This document shows positions 51,726 to 61,568 of a stretch of 64,000 bases of DNA, one piece after another; the first letter of the stretch is position 1; each line of letters opens with the position of its first letter. Source of the DNA: Savitreella phatthalungensis (Eukaryota); assembly GCA_051599415.1 (NCBI GenBank), contig AP039707.1:124001-188000 (forward strand), in the 5' to 3' direction. The position numbers and the translations under genes are program-made. The notes below the pieces were generated by a model, which worked only from the letters and a program-made list of their open reading frames with translations, was not told where the DNA came from and searched no databases.

Positions 51726-53546
51726 ATGCCACTCTCTTCTGCCTTTGAGTCACTCCGACGCAAGACAGCAGGACGTCGTTGACTAGGTGCGGCCTCCACT
51801 ACCAACATCAGCACCTCAGACTCCCTCAAGCCTCGTTCCAGCACACTGTCACTTCGATCGCTCTTTGTCACTCATGGTATGAGTATCATCAAAGATTCCC
51901 TCGTCTGATTGACCTTACTGACGCGATCTCCAGATCACAAGCGCAAGTCGCGTCCTTCTCTTTCCACGCTCTTCTTCGCAAATAGTCAAGCCAACGCGTC
52001 AGAAGTGACTGTCTATGCCATGAATGAGTCGGACAACATTCAAGCTCTGAGAGACGTCTCGCCCGTCAAGCGCTCTTCACCTGAAGCATCGCCTGTGCCG
52101 TCGCCGATTCAGTCGCCCTCTGCGAAGCGGATCTCCTTCGCAAATGACGATCAGCCCGTCCTGAAGCGTGCAGCCAAATCTTCATTCGATCTTCGCCGCC
52201 GAGCTGCGCTCGAACTCGAGGAACGTCTCTCTCACCGTCACAAGTCTCTTGAATGCCTACGTCCGAGCAAGCTTATGAAGATGGACGACTCGAGCGCTCG
52301 CGTCGCTACCGACACAAGCTTTATCGACTTTGCCCCAGTCATCGACCTCGCCCTCACGCTTCGACTGCAGCCTGATCCAATGATTCTCGAACCAAGCATC
52401 GTCCCTCGTTCCTCGACAGAGATTCAGGAGCATCGTGATGCCGATCAAGATCTGATTGATGCTCACATTCGTCGGTCAGCTGCTGCTGCACGTCACTTTG
52501 TCAGACAAAACTCACGCAAGTCATCTGCACCAGATGCGTCGAAGCAGGACGCTCCATCTGTAAAACCTGCTCTCGCGGTCACCTCAACAAGTGCACCGGC
52601 GAGCGACGTATCTCGCTCTTCATCACGCAGCAAGCACTCCTGGAGGACGTCTGACTACTGCCGTGGCAGCCTCGTTGGATACCGTCGATCGACCATCGAG
52701 CAGTGGCGTCCTCGTCGGACTCCCTCGTTCGTGCCATCCCCTGCGCGACTCCAGGGTGGCCGACCCGTTTCTGGGGTGAGTGCCAAGACACGTGACACCA
52801 GCACTAGCACGCCATCGCTCTCGCCGGACGACAGCGTCTCGAATGCACGTCACTCTGTAAGCGCAAGCACAACCACAAGCACAAGTGGATGTGGACAACA
52901 GCTCTCCCGTGGTGATACACGTGCGACTGCCGGTCGATCTGTCATCACCGAAACTTCAGATGTGCTGGCAAATCTTGCTTACATGGCGCACGAGCAGTCG
53001 CTCGGGCGCATCCAAATGCTCGAGTCCGTCATGGGTCCAGGTCTAACAGCATCGAAGACGGCAAACAGTGAGAATGGGAAGAGAGAGAGGAGCGTTGACT
53101 CGCTGGCAATGGAAGTCGAGCAGTTGAACGTGCATTCGTCGGAGGCTATTGATGTGCCAATCATTCAACCGCTTGATGCTCCAATCGATCTTGACAACAC
53201 GCCGATGTCAAATGCTGGACTGCATCGATTCCCTTCGAGCGAGTGGCCATTCCAAAACATCTCTGTCGAGTGGCTTGCAGGTGAGCCAGCTGAGCGTCGT
53301 GGTCGATCTCAGCTTGGCATGCGTCCACCTCCACTAGCCCCCAATCTCCACACGCACTTCAACGACCGTGAATCTACACATCTTCAAGCACGTGCTCAGC
53401 GTGTGATGTCTACCGGATCGTCCTGGTCTAGCGATAGTGGCAGATCGTCTGCATCGAGCGAGACTTCAGCCATGATGAAGCTGATGGACGTGGCGAAGCC
53501 TGACTATGAGAACCTGTGGCAATCATTTGACTATCGGATGCTGTAG
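51726..53546 (+). CDS. Ser/Arg-rich orphan. Model: exon 1 51726-51876 (in-frame TGA at 51780-51782, candidate readthrough), intron 51877-51933, exon 2 51934-53546. Alternative start at ATG 52020.
   Basis: Long ORF 51909-53546. Upstream CACA-ATG in frame. Intron GTATGA..TACTGAC..CAG removes an in-frame TGA and keeps the frame. Confidence 0.6.
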
Positions 53547-53874
53547 ACTCGGCCAATCCCATCTCTCTTTCTTCTTCTATCACTCTAATCTGCTCTACTC
53601 TCCTAGCTGGGTATCCTCGAGTGACCTATAGGTATACTGTACAGCCGCCGCCCTGAAGGCCTAAGGTGGAATCTGAAGTGCACGTGAAGGTCAAGCCACG
53701 AATGTAAACAATTTGGAGTAAGATAAGGGTGGAGCCACAAACACGTGATGGGTTTTGTCCTCCAATTTCAAAAAGTGATCAGATTCTCGCGCTCATGAGA
53801 AGATTTGAATTTCGACAAATTCTGGGATGAGTGAGTGAGTGTGTATTGGGTATAGGCATGGGCGTGGATTCACT

Positions 53875-53927
53875 GGTCAGGTCAGGTCAGGTCAGGTCAG
53901 GTCAGGTCAGGTCAGGTCAGGTCAGGT
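53875..53927. repeat. (GGTCA)10 microsatellite upstream of RPL15
   Basis: Perfect pentanucleotide run. Confidence 0.95.
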
Positions 53928-54110
53928 GCATTCTGTACTACCCACTACACACTGACACTCTACTACACTCTACTACACTGTAGGGCAGCTATACCGTAGT
54001 CTACGATCCTACGTCCTGGTTTACGCTCTACCCAGTCAACCGCCTTCTACAAATCATCGACTTACTTCTGAGTAGAATTTCCCTATCACCCATCTACTCG
54101 ACAACCAACC

Positions 54111-54722
54111 ATGGGTTCCTACAAGTACCTTCAGGAGATCTACCGCAAGAAGCAGAGCGACATCATGCGCTTCCTTCTTCGCGTCCGTTGCTGGGAGCTT
54201 CGTCAGCTGAACGTCTGCCACCGTGCCTCTCGGCCATCTCGTCCTGACAAGGCACGTCGATTGGGTTACAAGGCGAAGCAGGGATACGTGATCTACCGGA
54301 TCCGCGTTCGCCGTGGTGGTCGTAAGAAACCTGCACCGAAGGGTGCAACGTTCGGCAAGCCGACCAACATGGGTGTGAACCACCTGAAGTACCAGCGTTC
54401 GCTTCGGACGACTGCTGAGGAGCGTGTCCAGCGCCGATGCAACAACCTGCGTGTCCTCAACTCCTACTGGATCAACCAGGACTCGACCTACAAGTTCTTC
54501 GAGGTCATCTGCGTCGACCCTTCCCACAACGCCATCCGCAACGACCCACGCATCAGCTGGATCGCAAACCCAGTACACAAGGGACGTCCACAGCGCGGTC
54601 TCACCTCCGCAGGAAAGAAGTCAAGAGGTATCAACAAGGGACACAGGTACAACCACACCTCCGCAGGCAAGAACCACATCTGGAAGAAGCACAACACCAC
54701 TGTGTTCCGCCGCTACCGCTAA
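54111..54722 (+). CDS. RPL15: 60S ribosomal protein eL15
   Basis: MGSYKYLQE...[10 protein letters not shown]...[15 protein letters not shown]...[17 protein letters not shown]. Confidence 0.98.
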   Translation: MGSYKYLQEIYRKKQSDIMRFLLRVRCWELRQLNVCHRASRPSRPDKARRLGYKAKQGYVIYRIRVRRGGRKKPAPKGATFGKPTNMGVNHLKYQRSLRTTAEERVQRRCNNLRVLNSYWINQDSTYKFFEVICVDPSHNAIRNDPRISWIANPVHKGRPQRGLTSAGKKSRGINKGHRYNHTSAGKNHIWKKHNTTVFRRYR

Positions 54723-54813
54723 ACGCCTTGCCCTTTTCACTTGCAATACTATCTCCTTCACGACTCACTCCCCATTTGATGCAATGCCATGTGATTGTGT
54801 GATCTAAAAAATG

Positions 54814-56442
54814 CTATAGTTGTGTTTGCCGTTGGTGTTGGTGTTCGAGGGCATCGAGTCTTGAGGATAGTTTGAGGACGAGCATTCTGAGACTCTCGAT
54901 CTCAAGATCTCTCACATCTTCCTCTTCACCACCTGTCGTAGAAGACCATGACGAACACCGCTCGCTCACCTTCACACTCGACCCAACCTTGCCAATCCTC
55001 CGCTTCGTCAAATTAATCACCCGCGTCCGCCCACCACCACAGCTCGCAATCTCAGGCGACAGCACCACAGGTATCGATACCTCTCCCTCTCGACATTCAT
55101 CATCTGACGATGACGATTCGGAGTCTGTGACTGCGGTTTGGGTGGTGGTCTTTTTGTGTCGTGTTGTAGGTGAAGATTTTTGGGACGCTAGGGCGGCTAG
55201 TTTTTCAGCGACGCTCTCACGGCGCATGCCGACACTCGTTCTGCGTGTCAGGACGACATCGTCATCGTCGGTCGTCGTCGTGCTACCACACCGCGGAAAC
55301 GAGTCACGTCGAAACGCCGTCGTCCCAGCAAAGCCCTGTGGGAACGACGTCAGGGAAGTCGATCGCGGTGACGAGGAGGAGATTCGGCGGACTGGGATGT
55401 CGAGGTGGTGGAAGGGGGAGGATGGGTTGTCGAGACAGAATAGGCCGGAGGTCGGGGTGGTGGAGGCGTGGGTGCGCCTGCAGGAGGATCGGCGTCGGCG
55501 GGTGGTCGGGGAAGTGGAGGAGCGTTTGGGCTTGGATGACGTGGGACCTGAACGCTTGCGCTCGAGCGCGTGACGCATGTAGCTCGTCGAGTCGTAGCTG
55601 CCGCTGCCGAAGCCGCCGGCAACACCGGTCGACTTCAGGTGCGCGTGGTACATCAGGTGGGCCGGGAAGTCGGACGCAGAGGCGGTGCTGGACGTTCGGG
55701 CCATCCGCTCGCCTTTGACGGCAGAGGGCGTCGGCGGTCGCTGGATCCGTCCACGTCCTCGTGAGGAAGGCTCGCTTGGCGTCAGTGTCCGCCGAGGCAC
55801 CGACAGGCTAGACCGCGGCGACAGGTCAGACTCGTGGTCTTCTGGCTGTGGCGACTGCATGATTGTAGACAGGTTTGGCCGGCGTGTAGAGGATGAGCGG
55901 CGCTGGGAGAGGGCAGATGTTGTGGTTGTGGGTGATGGTGAGAGGGACTCTACCATGGCTTGCTGGGCCAATGCAATCTGCGCCTTGTACTCTTCCAGCG
56001 AGAGCTCTCGGCCGTGCGGCCGGAAACTCTGGCGCGTCGTGCCGGTGGACGATGTCGAGGATGGCTGTCGCGCCATTGACTGAGCCGCGCGCGCATCAAA
56101 GTACGCTGCGCGCTGCTGGTAGATGTATGCGGCACCCGTCGGGAGAATTGGCACCATGCCAAGGCCGTTGATAACCTGGCCGTCTGTCGCTGCGATTCGT
56201 AGTGTAGCTTCCGAGGAGGCGGATGTTGTGCGAGGCGAGTATTGCACGTCTACTTGGTGCTGGGCCAGCGTGGGGTCTTCCTCGTCGTCTGCCGGTGTGG
56301 CCGGCATCGAAGGATCTTCTGTCTCCGGGGAAGAGACGGCAAGGATCGGGCTCAGCGCCTGCGATACAGGTCTGAATCTCAGCGGCACATACTCGTAGTC
56401 ATCCTCATCCTGCTGCTGGACCACTCGAGTTGCCGACAACAT
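54814..56442 (-). CDS. Hypothetical Ser/Thr/Arg-rich protein with a C-terminal coiled coil
   Basis: 542-codon ORF ending DLEIESLRMLVLKLSSRLDALE. Confidence 0.7.
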   Translation of the reverse strand: MLSATRVVQQQDEDDYEYVPLRFRPVSQALSPILAVSSPETEDPSMPATPADDEEDPTLAQHQVDVQYSPRTTSASSEATLRIAATDGQVINGLGMVPILPTGAAYIYQQRAAYFDARAAQSMARQPSSTSSTGTTRQSFRPHGRELSLEEYKAQIALAQQAMVESLSPSPTTTTSALSQRRSSSTRRPNLSTIMQSPQPEDHESDLSPRSSLSVPRRTLTPSEPSSRGRGRIQRPPTPSAVKGERMARTSSTASASDFPAHLMYHAHLKSTGVAGGFGSGSYDSTSYMRHALERKRSGPTSSKPKRSSTSPTTRRRRSSCRRTHASTTPTSGLFCLDNPSSPFHHLDIPVRRISSSSPRSTSLTSFPQGFAGTTAFRRDSFPRCGSTTTTDDDDVVLTRRTSVGMRRESVAEKLAALASQKSSPTTRHKKTTTQTAVTDSESSSSDDECREGEVSIPVVLSPEIASCGGGRTRVINLTKRRIGKVGSSVKVSERCSSWSSTTGGEEEDVRDLEIESLRMLVLKLSSRLDALEHQHQRQTQL

Positions 56443-59072
56443 GGCCTAGGGAGTGACTTGAGGAGAACGTGAGGTGAGTTGCGGAACCAGCGTACCGATG
56501 ATGTCGACTTTGAGCAGGAGATGGTTGATGGAGTATGAAGAACGAAGGATGTTTCTCAAGATGTGGTGCAGATAGAGGACATGATGTACTTGGGTATCAT
56601 TCGAGAATACGGGAATGGTGGACCTGTCATCTTCTCGGTCGAGGGTGGTGATCCAGGGGCCTCTACCTCTGGTCTCGAGGGCTTCCTTCTTGCTCGAGTG
56701 TTCTCTTCCATCCTCATCGTCACCGAGCTACAGCTTGGATGGATCAAACTCACTTGCTCACTCATACTGACCCATACCCGCACCAGAAACAGACAAGTGC
56801 GAGAGTGTTCGTGTAGAAGTCTATTTTCCAGTCGGTAAGCTGAGGACCGTATGGATGGGAGATCAGATCGGGCTGACGATGTGGTCTGGACGTCTGACGT
56901 TCTGGTTGGCTGGATGAGGATTGTTTGGATTTAGGGTTGTTGACGAGGATGCCGAGAGCGCTGAGCAGGGTGTGAGTTGAAGTCTATCAGAACAGGGCTT
57001 GACAAGCGAGACATTGGTCAGATGGACAGAACGGGTTTTGGAGGTTCGTTCGGGAGGGAGTGCCGGAGTGGATTTGGATCGGACTGGCTCAAAGAGGCCT
57101 GTAAGAGGATGTCCGATATCTTGGAGAGCCTGTAGCTTTTACCGACTGATCGAGCGTATGTGAGAGAGGAAGGGAGAGTGAGAGAGAGCGAGAATGACAA
57201 GCAGTAGATAGATACAGACCTGAGAGATGAGACTGAGGTGAGCTGGTCTACCTCGGATCACAGGAAGATGACTTATCTCTCAAAAAGACAAGAGTCCGTC
57301 AGTTGAGCTTGTACATGTGTGAGACAGAGCCTAGGCCATGGAGGGGAAGGCCTGTTTGGACCAAAGAAGGGAAGTTCTGCGAGTTGAGACACGCGGTGCT
57401 GACGGGAATCTCGGGTAGGCTCGTAAGCTCGGTCTATCTGCGTTCTAAGATTAGTGGGCTCACTGACGGACAGGGCTCATCGGTTGGTGGGTTCCGAGGA
57501 AGACGAGAGCGAAGCTGGCTTGGGTCAAGAAGGTGTACGAACGGGTGAGAAAGAGAGAGAGTGAGAGTGAGTGAGGCTGGTGTGTATCAGCGACAGTAGT
57601 GAACTGCCGTTGATTGTTGAGTGTTGATTGGTTTGAGAGGAATCGCCTTTGTAGATGTGACCGTTGAGTTTAGATCTGCTTGGAGAGAAGATAGAGTGAG
57701 AGAGCGAGAGAGAGAAGGGATAGAGAGTGAGTGACCTGTGTGTGTATGTGTGTACAGGGATGTGTAGTGTCTTTTCTCAACTGTTGTAGTTTATTGTTTT
57801 TCTTTCTTTCGGGGGCTTGTGCGAGGATGACCGCATTCGGTCAAGTGAATTCCTAATCGGGCTTAGAGACAATTTCCTCATTTGGCAGGGTCGTACAAAC
57901 TCAAACTCAAAAAAGAGAAGAGCTCACTCGGGAGTCCACACTTCATCACCCAACAATCTACAGTCTGTACTCTCTCTCTGTTTCTCTCGAGTCTATACGG
58001 TATGTAGTCCTCCGATAGAGTGCCGAGACAGACGAACGGTCATGACGCTGTCCCATCGCTTGATGACATGCTTTGTGTCTCAGTGATCGAGTCCGTTGCA
58101 CCGGTCAAGCTTGCCCACTTGACTTGCTTCCTCCCAGGGAAGTGCACTTCAACGGATGACGAGCATGCATGCATATCGTTCCCTCTGATAAGCGCCCTCT
58201 CCATCGGCCGCATCATTAAGAGATCAGTGATGACGCTTCTTCGGACGTGCCCGATTGAGTACGATATGGTAGGTGATTCGAACACGACATGATAATTCAG
58301 TAGTTAGTATACATGGAAGGTTAGCATGTACGTCGCTGCATTCTGTTGTACAGACATGGAGAAAGGTCATGCATGCATTGTGAGGGTTGACTACGGATGA
58401 GCTAGCGTGGGGATATCCGCGGACCGATTGAGGGAGGGAGGGAATGCTGGCGATTGGTCTGCCTGATCTGTTTCGCCCCCTCAATCGTGCACCTCGTCCA
58501 CATACGACGAAGGTCTCGGACTTTCGGCAGACCACGTTTCTCTCATCTCGCCTCCACTCACCTATCCGAATGGATTTTCCACCATCCTGCCGTTCTCACT
58601 CACTCAATCTTCACCATCTCGATTGGGAGTGTCTGCAACGGTCGATTGTGGAGGTCAGAAGGTCACGCCTGGGAGGTGATTGAGCAAGCGAGAAGGCGGG
58701 GTCTCGCACTCGCGTGCGGATGACAGGTCACTTGAGCTTCGCAATTCACTTAGTCTTATGACCACCGGGTAAACGGGGCCGAGATCTCGATCTGATCAAG
58801 ATCAAGATCAAGATCAGATTCGTCTCCCAATCTCTGCTGCGATCTTTGAGGCTTCGCGGGCCGGACTTTGAGCGGCCCAATCGAAGGATTAGTGAATAGA
58901 CATTGACAGGCTAGCTAATGTACCAACCACCCGGATCGAGTGGCTGATCTGTGTAAAATCCTGGTAACGGTCACCTGGTCTATGAGCCTGTGGAGGAGTG
59001 ATTATCAGGAGAATGCTGGGAAAAGATTCCGGCACGAGAGAGCCCAACATCAAGACTTCGTCGTGATTGAGC

Positions 59073-61337
59073 TTATGCCTTGCCAGAGTAGGTGAAGTGC
59101 ATGACAGAGTTGATGCCAAAACTGAGGAAGAGGATTGCGCATGCGGCGGTGGGCCCGAATCTGTCATCGTACTGAACTGCACGACGGAGTCTGATGTTGT
59201 ACGATCGGTTGATGTAGACTGCGAGTGAGTAGAGAAGGACGAGAATGGCAGTAACCATGAATGCCCAGGCTGCCGAGAGGGAAACTCGGTCATGTGCAAA
59301 GTTGAGCAGGGTTGCTGCGATAGTGCCAATCAGGATGGCAAACTCGATGTACGATAGGAAGGTGCGCTCGAGGGCGAAGTAGGTCTTTGGCTCGATGCGG
59401 ATGGGTACAGCAATTCGCTTGCCAGGCGGTGCGTGGAAGCTCTGGACGTACTGGACCTTGGATGGGTCGAGGCCGTTGGCACGCACAGCGCTAGCCTGTC
59501 CTGCGTCACGTGTACCGTTTGGCGCCCGTGCACCTTCGACCGCACCAAAGCCAAGGGCTCTCTTCACCTTCACCCATTGCCGCCAAGCCTTGAGAGTGAT
59601 GTCGTCCTGTTCCGGACGGCGGAGCGCGTCTCGATAGAGCAACGGCATATACTCGTCTTCGTCATCGTGCTCATCACCAACGATATTCGCATCGCTCCGG
59701 TACAGTCGCGACCTGATTTCGTTATCATTGAAGGCGAGGCGCTCTTCCTCGTCCATTGCGTTTCCGTTGTCGTCGCCGTGAGCGGAGGACGAGTGGGAAA
59801 CGCTTTCTGTGTTGACATCTGATGTGGTGCCGCTCTGGTTCTGTGGATGCTCGATGCCGAAATGCTTTGTCGCAGGTTTGCGGATGTCAGCACTCATCTG
59901 TGGGAACCAGTATGGGACGACATCGACCTGCTTCGGCAGAAGTGTCGCGACGCCGTGAATGAATTTTGAGAACTTCGGCACTGCCTCGACCAGGTGCGAG
60001 GATACGAGCTCACGCACCCACAGGGGCGCTTCCTGTCCCATGGCAGTCTGGAGCTTGACCTCGAGCACTGCATAGGGGAACAGGCACTTCTCGTTGGCTG
60101 GGAGCTGCTCGAATGGCCAGTCGACGCCGATGTCCATCCGCCTCCAGTTGTCGCCGGCCCGGTGTCTTCGGCCGTCAAAGTCATCCTCGCGAACGAGGGA
60201 CAACTCCGTGTCGAGGGAAATACGTACACGTGCGTCGCCAGGAAGCTGGAAGGCTGTCCGATTGTAGAACGAGCGCACACATGGCTTCAACTTCTTGCTG
60301 ATGATGGTGTACTGCGCCTCCGTCGCCAGACGCTCAAGCTCTTCAATTTCCTTGACACTCTTCTTGCCCTCCTGACGTGCCTTGCTGAAGAGCTCTTCAA
60401 CCGTGTAGTCGCCACGCAGGAACGCATTCACATTCTTCTCCTTGACGGGGAATCTGGCCTTGACCGACTTCTCGCCTGTCCAATCCTCTCGATGAGTCTT
60501 ACGCTCGACGAAGATAGTGTTGTTGTTCATTCCACCGTACCAGCGCAGACGAAGTGCTTCTGCACCTTCGGACTTCTCTAGACGTCCCAGATAGAGTTCT
60601 AGCTCCTTGTTGTCAAAGTAGATTGATGTAATGGCGCTGTCCTCGATTTCGAACTCCTTGTTCGGGTTGAAGACAAGGACGGGAAGGTGTTTGAGGATGT
60701 AGAGCTTGAGTTCGGTAACGTTGTCGGGATGTACCCAGTACTTTGTCGTCTGACGGACGAAGTTTTGCTGGGAGCCACCTGCAGACGAATCGCCCTGAAC
60801 AGGGTTGCCCTTTGTGCGGACGAGGTCATAAATCTTTGACAGGCGAACGACAGTGGCGTCATAGTTTGTTTTGTAGAACGGTTTTGCGTTCAGTCTAGCG
60901 GCAAAGATTGGCTTGAGATGCCAGCCAGTCTGCTTGTCGTGCTTTTTGATGATCTTTGTGAATCCTGTGTAGTTGAGCTGATTGAACTTTGATAGGTCGT
61001 GTACATCTGCGATGATGTCAGAGATTTCCTCCTCGAGGGCGTCGAATGACTCTGCTGGCGGCGGATTAGCAGAATCGAGTTGCTTGATTGTCTGCTCTAC
61101 TTCCTTATCGCATGCTTCGATGCGGCGAATGATTTCTGTCGACTTGACGCGCTGAAATGTGAAGACCTTGTCGAGTTCACCTTCGAGAATTGAGACAAAT
61201 GCTGCTTCACTCTCCTCATTCCACTGTCCGTTGTCCTTGATCCGCTTCTTGATCTCTCGCTTGAGACCGTCATAGTCGAGATATTGATACTTGAATTCGC
61301 GGACGAGCGACTGTGATAGCTGATGACCAAACTTCAT
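59073..61337 (-). CDS. VTC4: Vacuolar polyphosphate polymerase (SPX-VTC-DUF202)
   Basis: MKFG..YLDYDGLK (SPX), FVRQTTKYWVHPDN, SIYFDN, RLRWYG, YNRTAFQLPGDARVRISLDT, EPKTYFALERTFL, three TM helices. Confidence 0.96.
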   Translation of the reverse strand: MKFGHQLSQSLVREFKYQYLDYDGLKREIKKRIKDNGQWNEESEAAFVSILEGELDKVFTFQRVKSTEIIRRIEACDKEVEQTIKQLDSANPPPAESFDALEEEISDIIADVHDLSKFNQLNYTGFTKIIKKHDKQTGWHLKPIFAARLNAKPFYKTNYDATVVRLSKIYDLVRTKGNPVQGDSSAGGSQQNFVRQTTKYWVHPDNVTELKLYILKHLPVLVFNPNKEFEIEDSAITSIYFDNKELELYLGRLEKSEGAEALRLRWYGGMNNNTIFVERKTHREDWTGEKSVKARFPVKEKNVNAFLRGDYTVEELFSKARQEGKKSVKEIEELERLATEAQYTIISKKLKPCVRSFYNRTAFQLPGDARVRISLDTELSLVREDDFDGRRHRAGDNWRRMDIGVDWPFEQLPANEKCLFPYAVLEVKLQTAMGQEAPLWVRELVSSHLVEAVPKFSKFIHGVATLLPKQVDVVPYWFPQMSADIRKPATKHFGIEHPQNQSGTTSDVNTESVSHSSSAHGDDNGNAMDEEERLAFNDNEIRSRLYRSDANIVGDEHDDEDEYMPLLYRDALRRPEQDDITLKAWRQWVKVKRALGFGAVEGARAPNGTRDAGQASAVRANGLDPSKVQYVQSFHAPPGKRIAVPIRIEPKTYFALERTFLSYIEFAILIGTIAATLLNFAHDRVSLSAAWAFMVTAILVLLYSLAVYINRSYNIRLRRAVQYDDRFGPTAACAILFLSFGINSVMHFTYSGKA

Positions 61338-61525
61338 GGTCGGTTGGACGTTGTGTTATGCGTATGCAATTAGGGATGTGTGAATGAGGCAATGTGTATT
61401 CTTTGTGACACGGGTTACGTTGCCGTTGGGGACTTGACTCCTTCGGAAGCGGCTTGTGCTGTGCGAGGGGTTGACAGAGTAGATTGATCAGCTGACTTGG
61501 CACTGCTGCTGCTATTGTTGTTGTA

Positions 61526-61527
<2 letters not shown>

Positions 61528-61567
<40 letters not shown>
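61528..61567. repeat. (TGC/CAG)~13 trinucleotide repeat upstream of VTC4
   Basis: Perfect run about 190 bp upstream of the VTC4 ATG. Confidence 0.9.

Positions 61568-61568
<1 letters not shown>

Noticed and set aside
54054..54578. 174-aa ORF antisense to RPL15
   Set aside because: Typical antisense shadow of a highly expressed gene.
58303..58309. Perfect TACTAAC branch point on the minus strand
   Set aside because: No nearby AG acceptor and no coding exons found.
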